This document shows, piece by piece, positions 20,107 to 29,838 of a stretch of DNA of 64,000 nt. Both the position numbers and the translations under genes were made by a program. Under the pieces are notes generated by a model. The model was not told where the DNA came from. It worked only from the letters and a program-made list of their open reading frames with translations, and ran no database searches. Source of the DNA: a virus (taxonomy: Duplodnaviria; Caudoviricetes). The stretch lies in the IMG/VR virus record IMGVR_UViG_2908273394_000001, positions 1 through 64,000 of that record; one strand, given 5' to 3'. Within the stretch, counting starts at the first letter, position 1, and the number at the start of each line of letters is the position of its first letter.

Positions 20107-20373
20107 TCAGAAGATTTGGGGGGCGGCGGGGGCAGGGGCGGGAACCCTGTAGCTGACCGTCTTCACGGCGGAGGCCGAGACGATCGTCACCTGCCGCTCA
20201 CCCTGGCCGGGGTACGCCTCCTTGCCGGCCTGCGGGTCGATGTGGAGGAAGGAACCCTCGACAGCCACGTGCGCGCTGCGGATTTCCTTCATCATCACGT
20301 GGCCGGCGTTCGGGTCGGGTACGAGGCCCTCCGTGAGGGTGACGTCGGCCGTGCGCCAGTCGAGGTTGCTCAT
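20107..20373 (-). CDS. Small hypothetical protein
   Basis: AAGGA RBS; own TGTCAGTG-type promoter at 20419-20440. Confidence 0.65.
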   Translation of the reverse strand: MSNLDWRTADVTLTEGLVPDPNAGHVMMKEIRSAHVAVEGSFLHIDPQAGKEAYPGQGERQVTIVSASAVKTVSYRVPAPAPAAPQIF

Positions 20374-20493
20374 GGGGTTCCTTCCGGTCGGCGACCGGGC
20401 TGGCCGCGAGATCCGGCGAGCGTTGCACGCGGCACTGACAATCCGCCCTGAAAGTGGGACGGTTCGCGAGCAGAGGCCTGGGGACTGCTGGGG

Positions 20494-20655
20494 CTAGTTG
20501 CCCGGCTTGACCTTCACGATCTCCACGTCGGAGACGCCTTCCTCGGCTTCCTTCAGTGCCTTGTAGTCCTCGGCGGCCGCCGCGCTGTAGGAGACGGCTG
20601 ACTCCTGCCGCTCGTCTCTGCCGGCCTTGGTCCACTGCAGCCTGTAGCTCTCCAC
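20494..20655 (-). CDS. Small hypothetical protein
   Basis: GGAGG RBS, GTG start (ESYRLQWTK...SAVSYS). Confidence 0.6.
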   Translation of the reverse strand: MESYRLQWTKAGRDERQESAVSYSAAAAEDYKALKEAEEGVSDVEIVKVKPGN

Positions 20656-20764
20656 GACGTCCTCCGCTCGAGATGGGTGTGCCCGGCGGTTCGCATCGGC
20701 TTCGAGGTGATGGGCGCCGCCGGGCTCGTACAGGCTCGCACGGGCCACTGACAGTGCCGGTGGG

Positions 20765-21835
20765 TCAGGCGTGCCAGGTGCCGCGGAGGGCTGCGGCGGC
20801 GAACCCGGGCCCGTAGGCGATGACGACGCCTCGGGCGCCGGCCGGGGGCGGGTCGGCGTGGGTGCGCTCGAGGACGCGGAGGATGCTGACGCCGCCGAGG
20901 TTGCCTTCGTCGGCGAGGGTGGTGAAGGAGTGCCGGGCCGCCGCGTCGTCGAGGCCGAGCGCTGTGGCGGTGTCGGTGATGATGCGGGGGCTGCCGGGGT
21001 GGATGGCGGTGAAGTCGACGGGGGAGTCGCCGAGCCAGTTGAGGACGGTCGGCAGGACGTCGTCGGCGGCCGTGAGCGCCTGCTTGGTGGAGTCGAAGTG
21101 GAAGCCGGTGCCGTCGATCCGGCCGCTGTAGCGCTCGACGCTGTCGGGGAGGACGAACTCGAGGGTGTCGTCGGGGTCGTCGATGCGGAGGCTGGGGCCG
21201 AGCGGATGGTCGGAGACGATGCACGCGGCGGCGGAGTCCCCGAACAACGCCTTGTAGATCATCGCCTCAATGCTGGTGTCGTGGTGGTTGTAGACGCTCG
21301 AGATGACCTCTGCGGCGACGACCAGGACGCGAGTGCCGGGGCGGGCGGTGACGAGGTCGATGGCGCGGATGAGGGCCTGGGTGCCGCCTGCGCACGCGAG
21401 GGTTGTCAGGGCGATGCGGCGGACGGTCGGGGCGAGGCGGAGCCGGTCTATGAGGTGGATGTCCAGGTTGGGGACGGCCCAGCCGGTGGAGTGGGTGGTG
21501 ACGATCGCGTCGACGCCGGCATACGCCCCGGGGTCTGGGCCTGCGTGGAGGCCGGCTGTGGTGAGGGCGGTCCGCCCGGCGCGGGTGGCCATCTCGAGCG
21601 CGTCGTTGAACGCGGTGGTGGAGCGTTCTTCGATGGACGCGGTGCCGGAGATGGTGGGCGCGGTGAGGGGCTGGGTGAAGTATCGGGTGTCGACGCGCAG
21701 TGCGCTGATGATGCGGGGGATCGCGGCCCGTCGGGGGTGTTCGGGGTGGTGCGTGAGGATGTCGTCGACGATCTCGCTGGTCGACACCTTGTGGTCGGGA
21801 AGGATCGTGTGGGGTCGGGAGATGTAGACGGGCAC
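20765..21835 (-). CDS. Type III polyketide synthase (chalcone synthase/RppA/PhlD-like)
   Basis: Catalytic Cys (LACAGG), His (AIHPGS) and Asn (EGNLGG); ALFGDSAAA; AYGPGF; GGAGG RBS before GTG at 21835. Confidence 0.92.
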   Translation of the reverse strand: MPVYISRPHTILPDHKVSTSEIVDDILTHHPEHPRRAAIPRIISALRVDTRYFTQPLTAPTISGTASIEERSTTAFNDALEMATRAGRTALTTAGLHAGPDPGAYAGVDAIVTTHSTGWAVPNLDIHLIDRLRLAPTVRRIALTTLACAGGTQALIRAIDLVTARPGTRVLVVAAEVISSVYNHHDTSIEAMIYKALFGDSAAACIVSDHPLGPSLRIDDPDDTLEFVLPDSVERYSGRIDGTGFHFDSTKQALTAADDVLPTVLNWLGDSPVDFTAIHPGSPRIITDTATALGLDDAAARHSFTTLADEGNLGGVSILRVLERTHADPPPAGARGVVIAYGPGFAAAALRGTWHA

Positions 21836-21920
21836 GATGGGCCTCCGCACATGGCTGGTCGGTGTGGGGGGTGCCGACACCGTACGCCAGCTAGGTGTCG
21901 GCGTTCCCCCTGATCACAGG

Positions 21921-22750
21921 TCAGACGTCACGTGCGCGGAGCATCGGGACTCTGGAGTGGGCCTTCTTCGTGCCGGGGTGGAAGATGAGAACGATCAGGC
22001 GTGCTCCGGGCGCTGTCATGGGTTCTGCTGCACACATGGTGACGTGTCCGGGGCCCAGAAGGTTGTGTCGTATGGGGCGTTCGTCGCCGTCGGGGTGCAT
22101 ATGAGCTCCGCCGGCATCCCACAGCGGGCGCAGGTCGGGGTCGGCGGTGACTTCCTTGACGATCTGCAGAAGCGTTTCATCTTCAGGGCGGGCGGAGAGT
22201 GCGGCCTTGAGCTGGGGGACGACGAGGGGGGCCCAGGCGGTCTTCCAGTCGATGAGGGTGTCGCGTCCGTCGGGGTCGAGGAGCATCCATCGCATGGTGT
22301 TGCGGGGGGCCCGGCCGCCGGGAAACAGGTCGGCCCAGACCTGGTTGTGGGCGAGGAGGTTCCAGGACGCGTCGGTGATGTAGGCCATGTGGGATATGCC
22401 GTCGACGGCTTCCTGCCACACGCCTGGGACCTCGAGTCCGGAGTCCTGGTAGAGCGGGCCCGGGGGTCGCCGATGCCGGCGAACCGGCATACGCTGCGCC
22501 ATTCCTGTTCGTTGAGACCGAAGAGGCGGCCGACTTCGGCGAGGTATTCGACCGTCGGGATCACCGCGCCGGTCTCGAGCCGGTTGTAAGAGTTGCGGGC
22601 GCGGCCGAGGAGGTCGTCGACCTGGTGCTGCGACAGGCCCTGCGCGCGGCGGCCGCGGCCTTGGGCCTTTGCGAATCCGTGGGCTTCCGGATCGATGAGT
22701 GCCCGACGCTCCTTCAGCAGCGCCTTCAAAGCCTTCCTGTTCGCTGTCAT
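21921..22750 (-). CDS. MmyB-family regulator (XRE HTH plus PAS-like ligand-binding domain); frameshift near 22465
   Basis: LLKERRALIDP...GRGRRAQGLSQHQVD...YNRLETG; AYITDASWNLLAHN...NTMRWMLL...DWKTAWA. Confidence 0.82.
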
Positions 22751-23392
22751 GCGGCAGTTCCCCCCGGTGTAGTGCGAACGTATCGCGGTGTGGAGTCTAA
22801 ATATTGGCGACGGGTTTCGTAATAAAAACTGTGCGTAGATTTCGGGCGGTTGAAGCCTCAAGCTTGGGGCGTGGTCGCCGCTGACCTGCCGGGAAGCAGG
22901 CGTGGCGGTCACCGGCAGGACAAGCCTTCCAGGCGATGTGCGGGCATCTGTCATATCGCCCCACGGGATTGTTCTGTTGCCCTCGTCGGGGCTCCGGCCA
23001 GGGCGGAGTAGGGACGTTGCCGTAATCCGTGTTTCGGTGCGGATTTCGCAGCTCGGCTTCGTTCCGCTTCGCTTGCCGCCGGAGCACCGAGGGAAACTCC
23101 CGAGCACTGCGGCCGGGGTCGGTGACTGCCCTTGCGGCGCGGTTTCCGCACTCTGATCGCGCGAGACGGTCAGGTGGTTCCTCCCCCGGTCCAGCCTGAC
23201 CAACCGGCCGGCCCCGGACAGCACCCTCCACCCGCTGTCCGGGGCCGCCGTACGTCCATGGCAGCCCACGGCGATGTCCTCTTTCGTCGATTGAGACTTG
23301 AGCGTGTGGGGGGTTCTGCTCGTCTGCCCCGGAAATCGCCCCTGGCACATGACGTCACCCGAACGGGTGATGGGGCGTTGGTTGGCGGGCCG

Positions 23393-23707
23393 TCAGCCGT
23401 CGTCGGCAGGCTCCTCGACCAAGGCGTGCTCGGACTGTGGGTAGCCACAGGCGCCAGCGCCGTAGAAGGTGGCCTGGCAGGGGCCGGGGCCCTTGTAGGT
23501 GTGGTGGGTGATGAGCCGGTGCTGACCTTCCTCACGCCGGACAGCGGCCATCACGTCCGTCGCCAGGGTGTCGGCGTAGGTACCGGGCACCATCGGGTTC
23601 CCCCTCGGCCAGGCAATCTTCTTCACCTGCTCCAGCACCGCCGGGTACCGCGGGTCCTTCCGCGCATCGTTCCGGGCGGTCGGGTTGAAGTCGGTGATCG
23701 GGCTCAT
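23393..23707 (-). CDS. Hypothetical protein
   Basis: AGGAG RBS; last gene of the leftward operon. Confidence 0.55.
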   Translation of the reverse strand: MSPITDFNPTARNDARKDPRYPAVLEQVKKIAWPRGNPMVPGTYADTLATDVMAAVRREEGQHRLITHHTYKGPGPCQATFYGAGACGYPQSEHALVEEPADDG

Positions 23708-23814
23708 CGGCTGCTCCTGGCTCAAGGCGGATCGGGATCGTGGTCTGCCCGGTCAGCGGGGTCGGGGTCGGGGCGGTCAGCTGCCGTTCCAGGACGGCCA
23801 GCCGGGCGCGGGTC

Positions 23815-24123
23815 TCAGGAGTCGTCACCGGCTCTCCGAAGGTTGTCAGCGGCAGGCAGGGCGTACAGGGCTTCCAGGGCTTCGGTCTCGTACTGAGTGG
23901 GGGTCTTGTGCTCGTGGGTGACGTGGTCGACGGCCTCTCGGAAGGCCTGCGCCCAGCCTTCGGTGTTGTGCCTGGCGGTGTATTGAACGGTGCGGCGGTG
24001 GTGGCCGACGCACTGGCAGGTGAACCCCCAGGCGCCGTTCCGGCGGCGGTGAACGAGGGGCTTACCGGGCCGGAGGGGGAACCGGCCCGGGGCGGCGGTG
24101 TCGCCGTACTGGGCCCGGCTCAC
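23815..24123 (-). CDS. Hypothetical protein
   Basis: Coupled to upstream gene. Confidence 0.55.
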   Translation of the reverse strand: MSRAQYGDTAAPGRFPLRPGKPLVHRRRNGAWGFTCQCVGHHRRTVQYTARHNTEGWAQAFREAVDHVTHEHKTPTQYETEALEALYALPAADNLRRAGDDS

Positions 24124-25022
24124 GCCGGCTCCCGGTGCGCGGCCGCGTCCTCGATCTGCTGCGCGGCCTTAATGGCGTTGGCGACCCACCAGCGCAGGTG
24201 CCCGGTGCGGATGACCTGGTCGGTGGGGATGTCGTGCTGGCGGCCGAGGTTCCACAGGCCCTGGTCGCCCGCGCAGTCGATGTCGTTGTGGACGTGAGCC
24301 GGGTCGGTGTTCTCGCAGTTGGCGCCGACGAGGATCGCCCACAGCCAGGCGTCGGTCTTGTCCTGGGTCCAGTCGCGGGAGTCGAGGGTGATGCGCTGCC
24401 GGAGCGCTTCGAGGGAGGTCTTCACGCCGAGGAGGGCGGGGGCGGCTGCGCTGTAGGCGAGCATCGCGGCGCGGGCGACTTCGCGGGCCTCCTTGCCGTC
24501 GTCTTCGGCGTCCCAGAGCCGGTCGTACAGCTCGGCGAGGGTGGCTTCGGTGTGCTCGGCGAGTGGGACGCGGTGCTCGGGGTCGGTGAGCGGCGGGGCG
24601 GGCGGCAGGTCGCCCTTCACGGTCAGGAGGTGCTCCTCCCACAGAGGGGCGACGAGGCCGTACCAGCGCTGCGGTGGGGCGACCCAGCCGCAGGCGCAGT
24701 CGACGCTCCACCGGCCTGACGGAGCCTCTATCCGGCGGGGAAGGTGGGCGGTGACGAGGTCCGCGTGGTCGGGGCAGGCGTACCGGCCGTTGCGGGGTTC
24801 GACGATGCCGTTGCCGAGCTGTCGCCATCCGTCGCCGGACCAGGACGGTTGGGCGGGCGGGTTGCCGGCCATGCGGGCCATGGAGTCGAACTCGCGGAGG
24901 CATCCCGGGACGAGGCAGTGGCGGAGCTGGGGCGCGTTGAGGTGGGCCTCGACGGTGGTGTAGAGGGCCTCGAGTTGGTCCTCGGTCAGGTCAGCGAGCG
25001 GGGTGCGTGGTTCGCGGATCAC
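24120..25022 (-). CDS. Hypothetical phage protein
   Basis: GTGA overlap; HCLVPGC and DCACGW motifs. Confidence 0.6.
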   Translation of the reverse strand: MIREPRTPLADLTEDQLEALYTTVEAHLNAPQLRHCLVPGCLREFDSMARMAGNPPAQPSWSGDGWRQLGNGIVEPRNGRYACPDHADLVTAHLPRRIEAPSGRWSVDCACGWVAPPQRWYGLVAPLWEEHLLTVKGDLPPAPPLTDPEHRVPLAEHTEATLAELYDRLWDAEDDGKEAREVARAAMLAYSAAAPALLGVKTSLEALRQRITLDSRDWTQDKTDAWLWAILVGANCENTDPAHVHNDIDCAGDQGLWNLGRQHDIPTDQVIRTGHLRWWVANAIKAAQQIEDAAAHREPA

Positions 25023-25648
25023 TTGGCGGCTCCGTACTGCTTGTTCATCAGGGCGTTGAGAATGCGCATGGCGTCGATGAGCGGGCCGTCCTCGGTGTCG
25101 CGGAGCGCCTCCCACGCCTCTTGCAGGGCGCGGCTGCGGGCGCGGGACCAGTCGGCCTTCAGGGACTCTGTGATCGTGCTGGCCATCTGGTCGCGGTGCG
25201 TCTGCCAGCGGGCTTGGGCCGCCTTGTACTGGTTGGCGATCGTCTCGGTGTGCTGACGCTCGGCTGCGACAGCCTTGGCGACCTCGCGCTGAACGTCGGC
25301 CGGTCGTTCCCGGTCCGCAGGCCACGTGCGGTCGTAGGCGGCGGTCTCCAGTTCGTCCTGGAGCTTGAAGACCTCGCGCCGGTAGACGTCGATGTCGGCG
25401 TGTGCCTGATTACGCTGCTCGATGAGCACCTTGATCTGCTGGTTGGCGTCGTCGAGCTGCTTGCCCAGGCCGGCAAGGTTGGCGCGCCCGGAGCGGGTGG
25501 CGGCCTTGATGGCCCATTCCTCGGCTTCCTCGGCCCACTCGATGAGGTTCTTCCAGGGGAGTTCGGGGTTGGCCTTGAGGGCTTTGGCGAGCTGCCCGCG
25601 CCAGTGGGCCAGCTCCTCCTCGGGCGTACGCGGGGCCTGGTCGGTCAC
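25019..25648 (-). CDS. Coiled-coil hypothetical protein
   Basis: AGGAG RBS, typical codon bias. Confidence 0.65.
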   Translation of the reverse strand: MTDQAPRTPEEELAHWRGQLAKALKANPELPWKNLIEWAEEAEEWAIKAATRSGRANLAGLGKQLDDANQQIKVLIEQRNQAHADIDVYRREVFKLQDELETAAYDRTWPADRERPADVQREVAKAVAAERQHTETIANQYKAAQARWQTHRDQMASTITESLKADWSRARSRALQEAWEALRDTEDGPLIDAMRILNALMNKQYGAAK

Positions 25649-25925
25649 GGGGTCGGCTCCTCGGGCTTGGTGTCGCGGAATCGGAGGGCAGGGGCGCGGA
25701 CGGGCTTCGGCGGCTCGTTGCGGCGCCGCCAGATGTCGTACGACACCCGGGGGCGGACCAGGATGTGCGCGGCGATGGTGATGACCAGTTGGGGCTTGGA
25801 CTTGGTCCAGTCGCCCATGAAGGTGAAGCGGCGCCAGACCCAGGTGTCGAGGCGGTCCCAGGGGCGGATACGGCCGAGGACATAGCCGGCGGCGAGTGCG
25901 GCCCCTGCGGCGAGGACGGTGGCGG

Positions 25926-26193
25926 TCACGTCGACCTGCTGCGCTGGCTTTCGGCGTGCGCGAGGAGGAGCAGTTCCTGGCACAGCTCGGGGGCGCTGAA
26001 AATCTCGGCGAGGACGGCGATGAAGCCGTCGCGCTGCACGGGCGTGAGGCGTTCCCAGACGTCGTGGGCGTTCTGGTGGGCGGCGTACATCTTGATGTAC
26101 TCGGCCTCGGTGGTGGACACCCTCTTGGCGCCGCACCGGCCGCAGTTGTAGGTGGCCTGGTCCCAGCCCTGCTTGGTGGTCTTGGTGCTCACG
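25926..26193 (-). CDS. Hypothetical Zn-finger protein
   Basis: CGRC...H...H; GAGGAG RBS; start approximate. Confidence 0.55.
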
Positions 26194-26286
26194 GTGGGCG
26201 GCTCCTCGGGAAGGGGGCAGGGTTCTAGCGTTGCGCGCTTTCGGCGCGTCATTCCCCCGGGTCTGTGACGTCTGCGGGGTAACCCT

Positions 26287-26330
26287 CACCCTATCTCATA
26301 ATCCATTGCGTATGCAATGGATTATGAGAT
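26287..26330 (-). promoter_or_regulatory. Palindromic operator/promoter (copy 3), leftward
   Basis: ATCTCATAATCCATTGC-GTAT-GCAATGGATTATGAGAT (26293-26330); minus strand TTGCAT-N18-TAGGGT. Confidence 0.75.
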
Positions 26331-26346
26331 GCCGGAGCCATGGGAC

Positions 26347-27567
26347 CTACTCGGGTAGCCCGGCTTCGGTGAGAGCGGAACGGAGCCGCTCGGCGCAGGC
26401 CGGCAGGTGGTGAATCAGGTCGGATTCCCAGAAGCGGAGTACCCGCCAGCCCGCCTCGGGCAGCTTGCGGTTCTGGTAGGCGTCGTTGGCCATGTTCCGC
26501 TGCACCCGGGGGTCTTCCCGCCATTCGGGGCGCAGGCCGTGCCAGTAGTCCCCGTCGGCCTGCAGAACGATCCGGAATGCCGGGATCGCCGCGTCTACCG
26601 TCCACCGGCTGAGGCGGAACTGGGGCTCCCACACCAGATCAAGCCCTGCCTCTGCGATCACGTTGTCGAGGAGGCTGTACAGGATCCGCTCGGGCCGGGT
26701 CGGGGCACGCGAGGTGAGCTGTTCATGTCTCGCGCGGGCCAGAACCGCCAGGCGCTCGGGGTCGGTGCGGAGGAATTGCGCCCGGCACACTTTGGAGCAC
26801 GTGCGGCGCCCCCGCTGCTCCGTAGACGCCTGCACCTCGAACTCGAGGCCGCAGACGGGGCACTTCTTGACGACCCGGTTGCGGGTGCCGATGTGGCGGC
26901 ATCCGTCGGAGCAGTACTTGCCGCCGCCGTTGTCGGCGACCGACCCCTTCACTGTGAACGCGGCCCCGCACACCTGGCAGGAGCAGTCCAACCGCCGTGC
27001 GGTGCAGGGCTGCGAGCAGTAGCTGCCCCACCCTCGTGCGATCACGCTGCGCACCGCTCGGAAGGTCTCTCCGCAGGCCAGGCAGGACCGATCCTCGCTG
27101 CCTTCAGCGAGCGCCTGGCACGCCTTGCTGCAGTACTGGCCGCGGCCGGAAGCTAGCCGGGATGCCTTGATTTCGAACTCGTCGCCACACTGACGGCACG
27201 AGCGCGTCACCCGGGTCCGCTGTGCCAGACCGGAGCACGTCTTCGAACAGAACCGCCCTCGCAGCGTGCCGGCCGGGTTGTTCGGCGTCTTCGGGAAGAA
27301 CTCCGCCTCGCACTGCTCGCAACGCCTGGACTTCCGGCCTGTCGCAGCCTGCCAGCAGCCGATTGAGCAGTAGGTGCCCCTGCTCGCGGCCTCCTTGCCC
27401 CTGACACGAAACTCTTCCGCACAGTGAGCGCACGACCGCGAGACCCAGGCGGTGTCCTCGGTCTGCTGCGCCCGGAAGCATTGCTGCGAGCAGTACTTGC
27501 TGCCAGCGCGGGACGGCGGCACCGTGAACGTGCTGCTGCAGCGGACGCAGGTAAGCGAGACGGGCAT
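26347..27567 (-). CDS. Seven Zn-ribbon repeats fused to a DUF559/Vsr-like endonuclease
   Basis: 7x CxxC...CSxxC; PTRPE...WEPQF...VDAAI...DGDYWH...GWRVLRFWESD. Confidence 0.82.
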   Translation of the reverse strand: MPVSLTCVRCSSTFTVPPSRAGSKYCSQQCFRAQQTEDTAWVSRSCAHCAEEFRVRGKEAASRGTYCSIGCWQAATGRKSRRCEQCEAEFFPKTPNNPAGTLRGRFCSKTCSGLAQRTRVTRSCRQCGDEFEIKASRLASGRGQYCSKACQALAEGSEDRSCLACGETFRAVRSVIARGWGSYCSQPCTARRLDCSCQVCGAAFTVKGSVADNGGGKYCSDGCRHIGTRNRVVKKCPVCGLEFEVQASTEQRGRRTCSKVCRAQFLRTDPERLAVLARARHEQLTSRAPTRPERILYSLLDNVIAEAGLDLVWEPQFRLSRWTVDAAIPAFRIVLQADGDYWHGLRPEWREDPRVQRNMANDAYQNRKLPEAGWRVLRFWESDLIHHLPACAERLRSALTEAGLPE

Positions 27568-27687
27568 GCCGCGGAGTGTCCCAGGCACCACTGACAATGC
27601 GACGAGGACCAGCTCGGCTCTACGCGTGGGTGCGGAGCTGGCACGTGGTGCGGTGTCCGCCCGTCGCCCCGGGCGGAGGCGCCCGTC

Positions 27688-27942
27688 TCAGTCGACTTCG
27701 ACGTAGGCGACGAGGATGACGGTGCCGAGCGCGGTCGGGATGTACACGATCCGAACGCGGCTGTCGCGGTACTCCCACTCCATCTTCCCCTCGACCTGGG
27801 CGCCGAGCCGGTGGTCGAGGGAGAGACGGACGATCGCCGGGTCGAGGACCTCGCGCTCGGCGTCGGTCATCGCCTCGATCTGCTGCTCCGCAACGTCGTG
27901 GAGGACGACGTGGGCGCGCCAGGGGCCGTGCTTGGGTGACAT
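27688..27942 (-). CDS. RelE/ParE-like toxin
   Basis: 84 aa; VVLHDVAEQQIEAM...EYRDSRVRIVY; TGATG-coupled to small acidic upstream gene. Confidence 0.55.
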   Translation of the reverse strand: MSPKHGPWRAHVVLHDVAEQQIEAMTDAEREVLDPAIVRLSLDHRLGAQVEGKMEWEYRDSRVRIVYIPTALGTVILVAYVEVD

Positions 27943-28154
27943 CAGGCGGCGCCGGGCGTACGGGCAGCGTCGGCGTCGCCGAGACCGTACCGGGCCTGCA
28001 CAGCGGCGTAGGGGGTGGCGGTCGACAGGTCGATGCCCTCGGCCGCGATCTGCTCGAGCGCGTAGGCGAGGAGTCCCTCGCCGGTCGCGGCGCGCTCGCG
28101 GGCGGACTCGCGCAGCTGCTGCTGCTCGTCCTCGTCGAAGATGAGGTGCGCCAT
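27942..28154 (-). CDS. Putative antitoxin
   Basis: 70 aa, acidic, AGGAGG RBS, directly upstream of the RelE-like gene. Confidence 0.5.
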   Translation of the reverse strand: MAHLIFDEDEQQQLRESARERAATGEGLLAYALEQIAAEGIDLSTATPYAAVQARYGLGDADAARTPGAA

Positions 28155-28219
28155 CGGGTGTCCTCCTCGTTGTCGGCTACGCCCGAGGCTAGCGCAGCGG
28201 CCTTGCCTCGGGCACGGGG

Positions 28220-28576
28220 TCAGTCCTTGTACGCGATCGGCCCAAGGCCACTGTGCGCGCGGTTCAGTGCGCCGCGGAGGGTCTCGGCGGCGCCGGCCGC
28301 GATGGTGAGACCGGCGTACGCGGCCTCCAGGTCGGCGGTGAGGGTGTCGCGGTCGCTCTTCAGGTGCCCCTCGTCCTCGAGGCGCTTGAGGAGCTGGGCG
28401 GTCTGCTCGAGGGCCTGCGGGAGCATCCCCGTCATGTAGACGAGGTTGCCGACGACGCTGTACGCGTCACCGGGGTACTCCCAGCCAGGCCGGGGGCTGC
28501 CGAGGGTGGCGTGAGTCAGGGCGCGGATCGCGTCGCCGACGGTCTCGGAGAGCTGAGCGGGCGTCTTGTCGGTCAT
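28220..28576 (-). CDS. Conserved actinobacterial hypothetical protein
   Basis: AIRALTHAT...YPGDAYSVVGNL...LPQAL; GGAGG RBS. Confidence 0.72.
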   Translation of the reverse strand: MTDKTPAQLSETVGDAIRALTHATLGSPRPGWEYPGDAYSVVGNLVYMTGMLPQALEQTAQLLKRLEDEGHLKSDRDTLTADLEAAYAGLTIAAGAAETLRGALNRAHSGLGPIAYKD

Positions 28577-28615
28577 GCGCGGGGCCTCCGTGGTGTGCCG
28601 GGACCGCCGAGTATG

Positions 28616-29419
28616 TCAGCGGCCACCGACACCAGCGGCTGGTTCCCGCCAGACGTCGGGAACGCTGGCGTCCGGTACCTGCAGTTCAACGCTCACGCCC
28701 GCCGAGGCTGACTCGGGTCCGTCGCTGGGGCTGAAGGTGCTCAGGAGCGTCCCCTGGTACCGACCCAGCACGGGTGCGCCGAGAGCATCCGCCCACCGTT
28801 CCAGCTGCGGCCTTGCCTTGTCGACACCCAGCGGGGTCAGGTCGGCAGTGGCGACGCCGTTCCTCCACGCCCACGGAAGCTGTTCTCCCATGGCTTCCTC
28901 GAGGGCCATGACCCGGGCAAGGTTGCGAACCGCAGCGAGGGTCTGCTTGGTGAGGACCTCCGCGTGGTGCGGGATCAACGCCTTTCGTGCGCGGTCCTGA
29001 CTGTTGTGGGGATTACTGGGAGAGACCCACCCGCATGAGCAGGACGCGTTCCAGCCCTGCACGTGCGTGTAGCAGCCCCTGCGGACGGGGTTGTGGCTCT
29101 TCACCACCTTGCTGTGCCCCGCGACTCTTCTGGTCTCTTCCAGCCGGCGGTACACGCGAACCTTGCACCAGGCGGGTACGTGCCGCATGAGCGGCGGGGG
29201 CGAAAAGTCGTTCATCAGAGGGCGCCTCCAGTCGTCTGGCGCGTATCCCCCGATGGACCAGGTCTGCGTCCGCTCGGTGATCTCCGTGACGCGTACGGGC
29301 CCCGTGCTGTGGTCCGTGATGTCGCCGAGTTCAACCTGCCCAGGCTTCAAAACCAACGTCACATAACCGTCGGCAGGCCGGTAGGAAGGCAGGGACGGCT
29401 TGGTCAGCGTCGCGTCCAC
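28616..29419 (-). CDS. Hypothetical protein
   Basis: AAGGAG RBS; ASCSCGW motif; own promoter at 29456-29477. Confidence 0.6.
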   Translation of the reverse strand: MDATLTKPSLPSYRPADGYVTLVLKPGQVELGDITDHSTGPVRVTEITERTQTWSIGGYAPDDWRRPLMNDFSPPPLMRHVPAWCKVRVYRRLEETRRVAGHSKVVKSHNPVRRGCYTHVQGWNASCSCGWVSPSNPHNSQDRARKALIPHHAEVLTKQTLAAVRNLARVMALEEAMGEQLPWAWRNGVATADLTPLGVDKARPQLERWADALGAPVLGRYQGTLLSTFSPSDGPESASAGVSVELQVPDASVPDVWREPAAGVGGR

Positions 29420-29565
29420 GGGCTGCTCCTTCGAGGAAGGGAAGCGTACGCGGCGAGTATTCCAGCGACCAGTGACAGTACAGCCCGCAGTTCACCCAGA
29501 CGAGCGGCAGGATCCCCGGCATGAGCGAGTGGCGATCGCCCTGCTCGCAGCCGGAGCGGCCGCAC

Positions 29566-29838
29566 TCACTCCAGTCGGTCGTACAGACCGGGCTTCCAGT
29601 CGGCGAACAGGGTGAGTGCCGTCTCCGTCTCCGTCCGCTCAGGACTAGTGGAGGTAGCCGGCCACCAGTTCTCAACATGGTGGGCGTCGACGAGGACGCC
29701 TTCGCGATACCCGTCGAAGTCGCCCGTGTCTTCCGCGATTCCCATGTGAATGGGGGCGTCGTCGGGGACGTCCTTGAGGGCTTCGCGGAGGCGCCCGGCG
29801 GTCCAGACTTCGGGCTTGTGCTCGTAGGTCTCGCTCAT
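29566..29838 (-). CDS. DUF6225-like protein, leaderless
   Basis: WTAGRLREALKDVPDDAP; ATG 7 nt after AATACT. Confidence 0.7.
   Translation of the reverse strand: MSETYEHKPEVWTAGRLREALKDVPDDAPIHMGIAEDTGDFDGYREGVLVDAHHVENWWPATSTSPERTETETALTLFADWKPGLYDRLE

Noticed and set aside
22860-23390. Gene-poor stretch upstream of the MmyB-like gene as ncRNA or CDS
   Set aside because: No convincing ORF, repeat or stable structure could be supported by eye.
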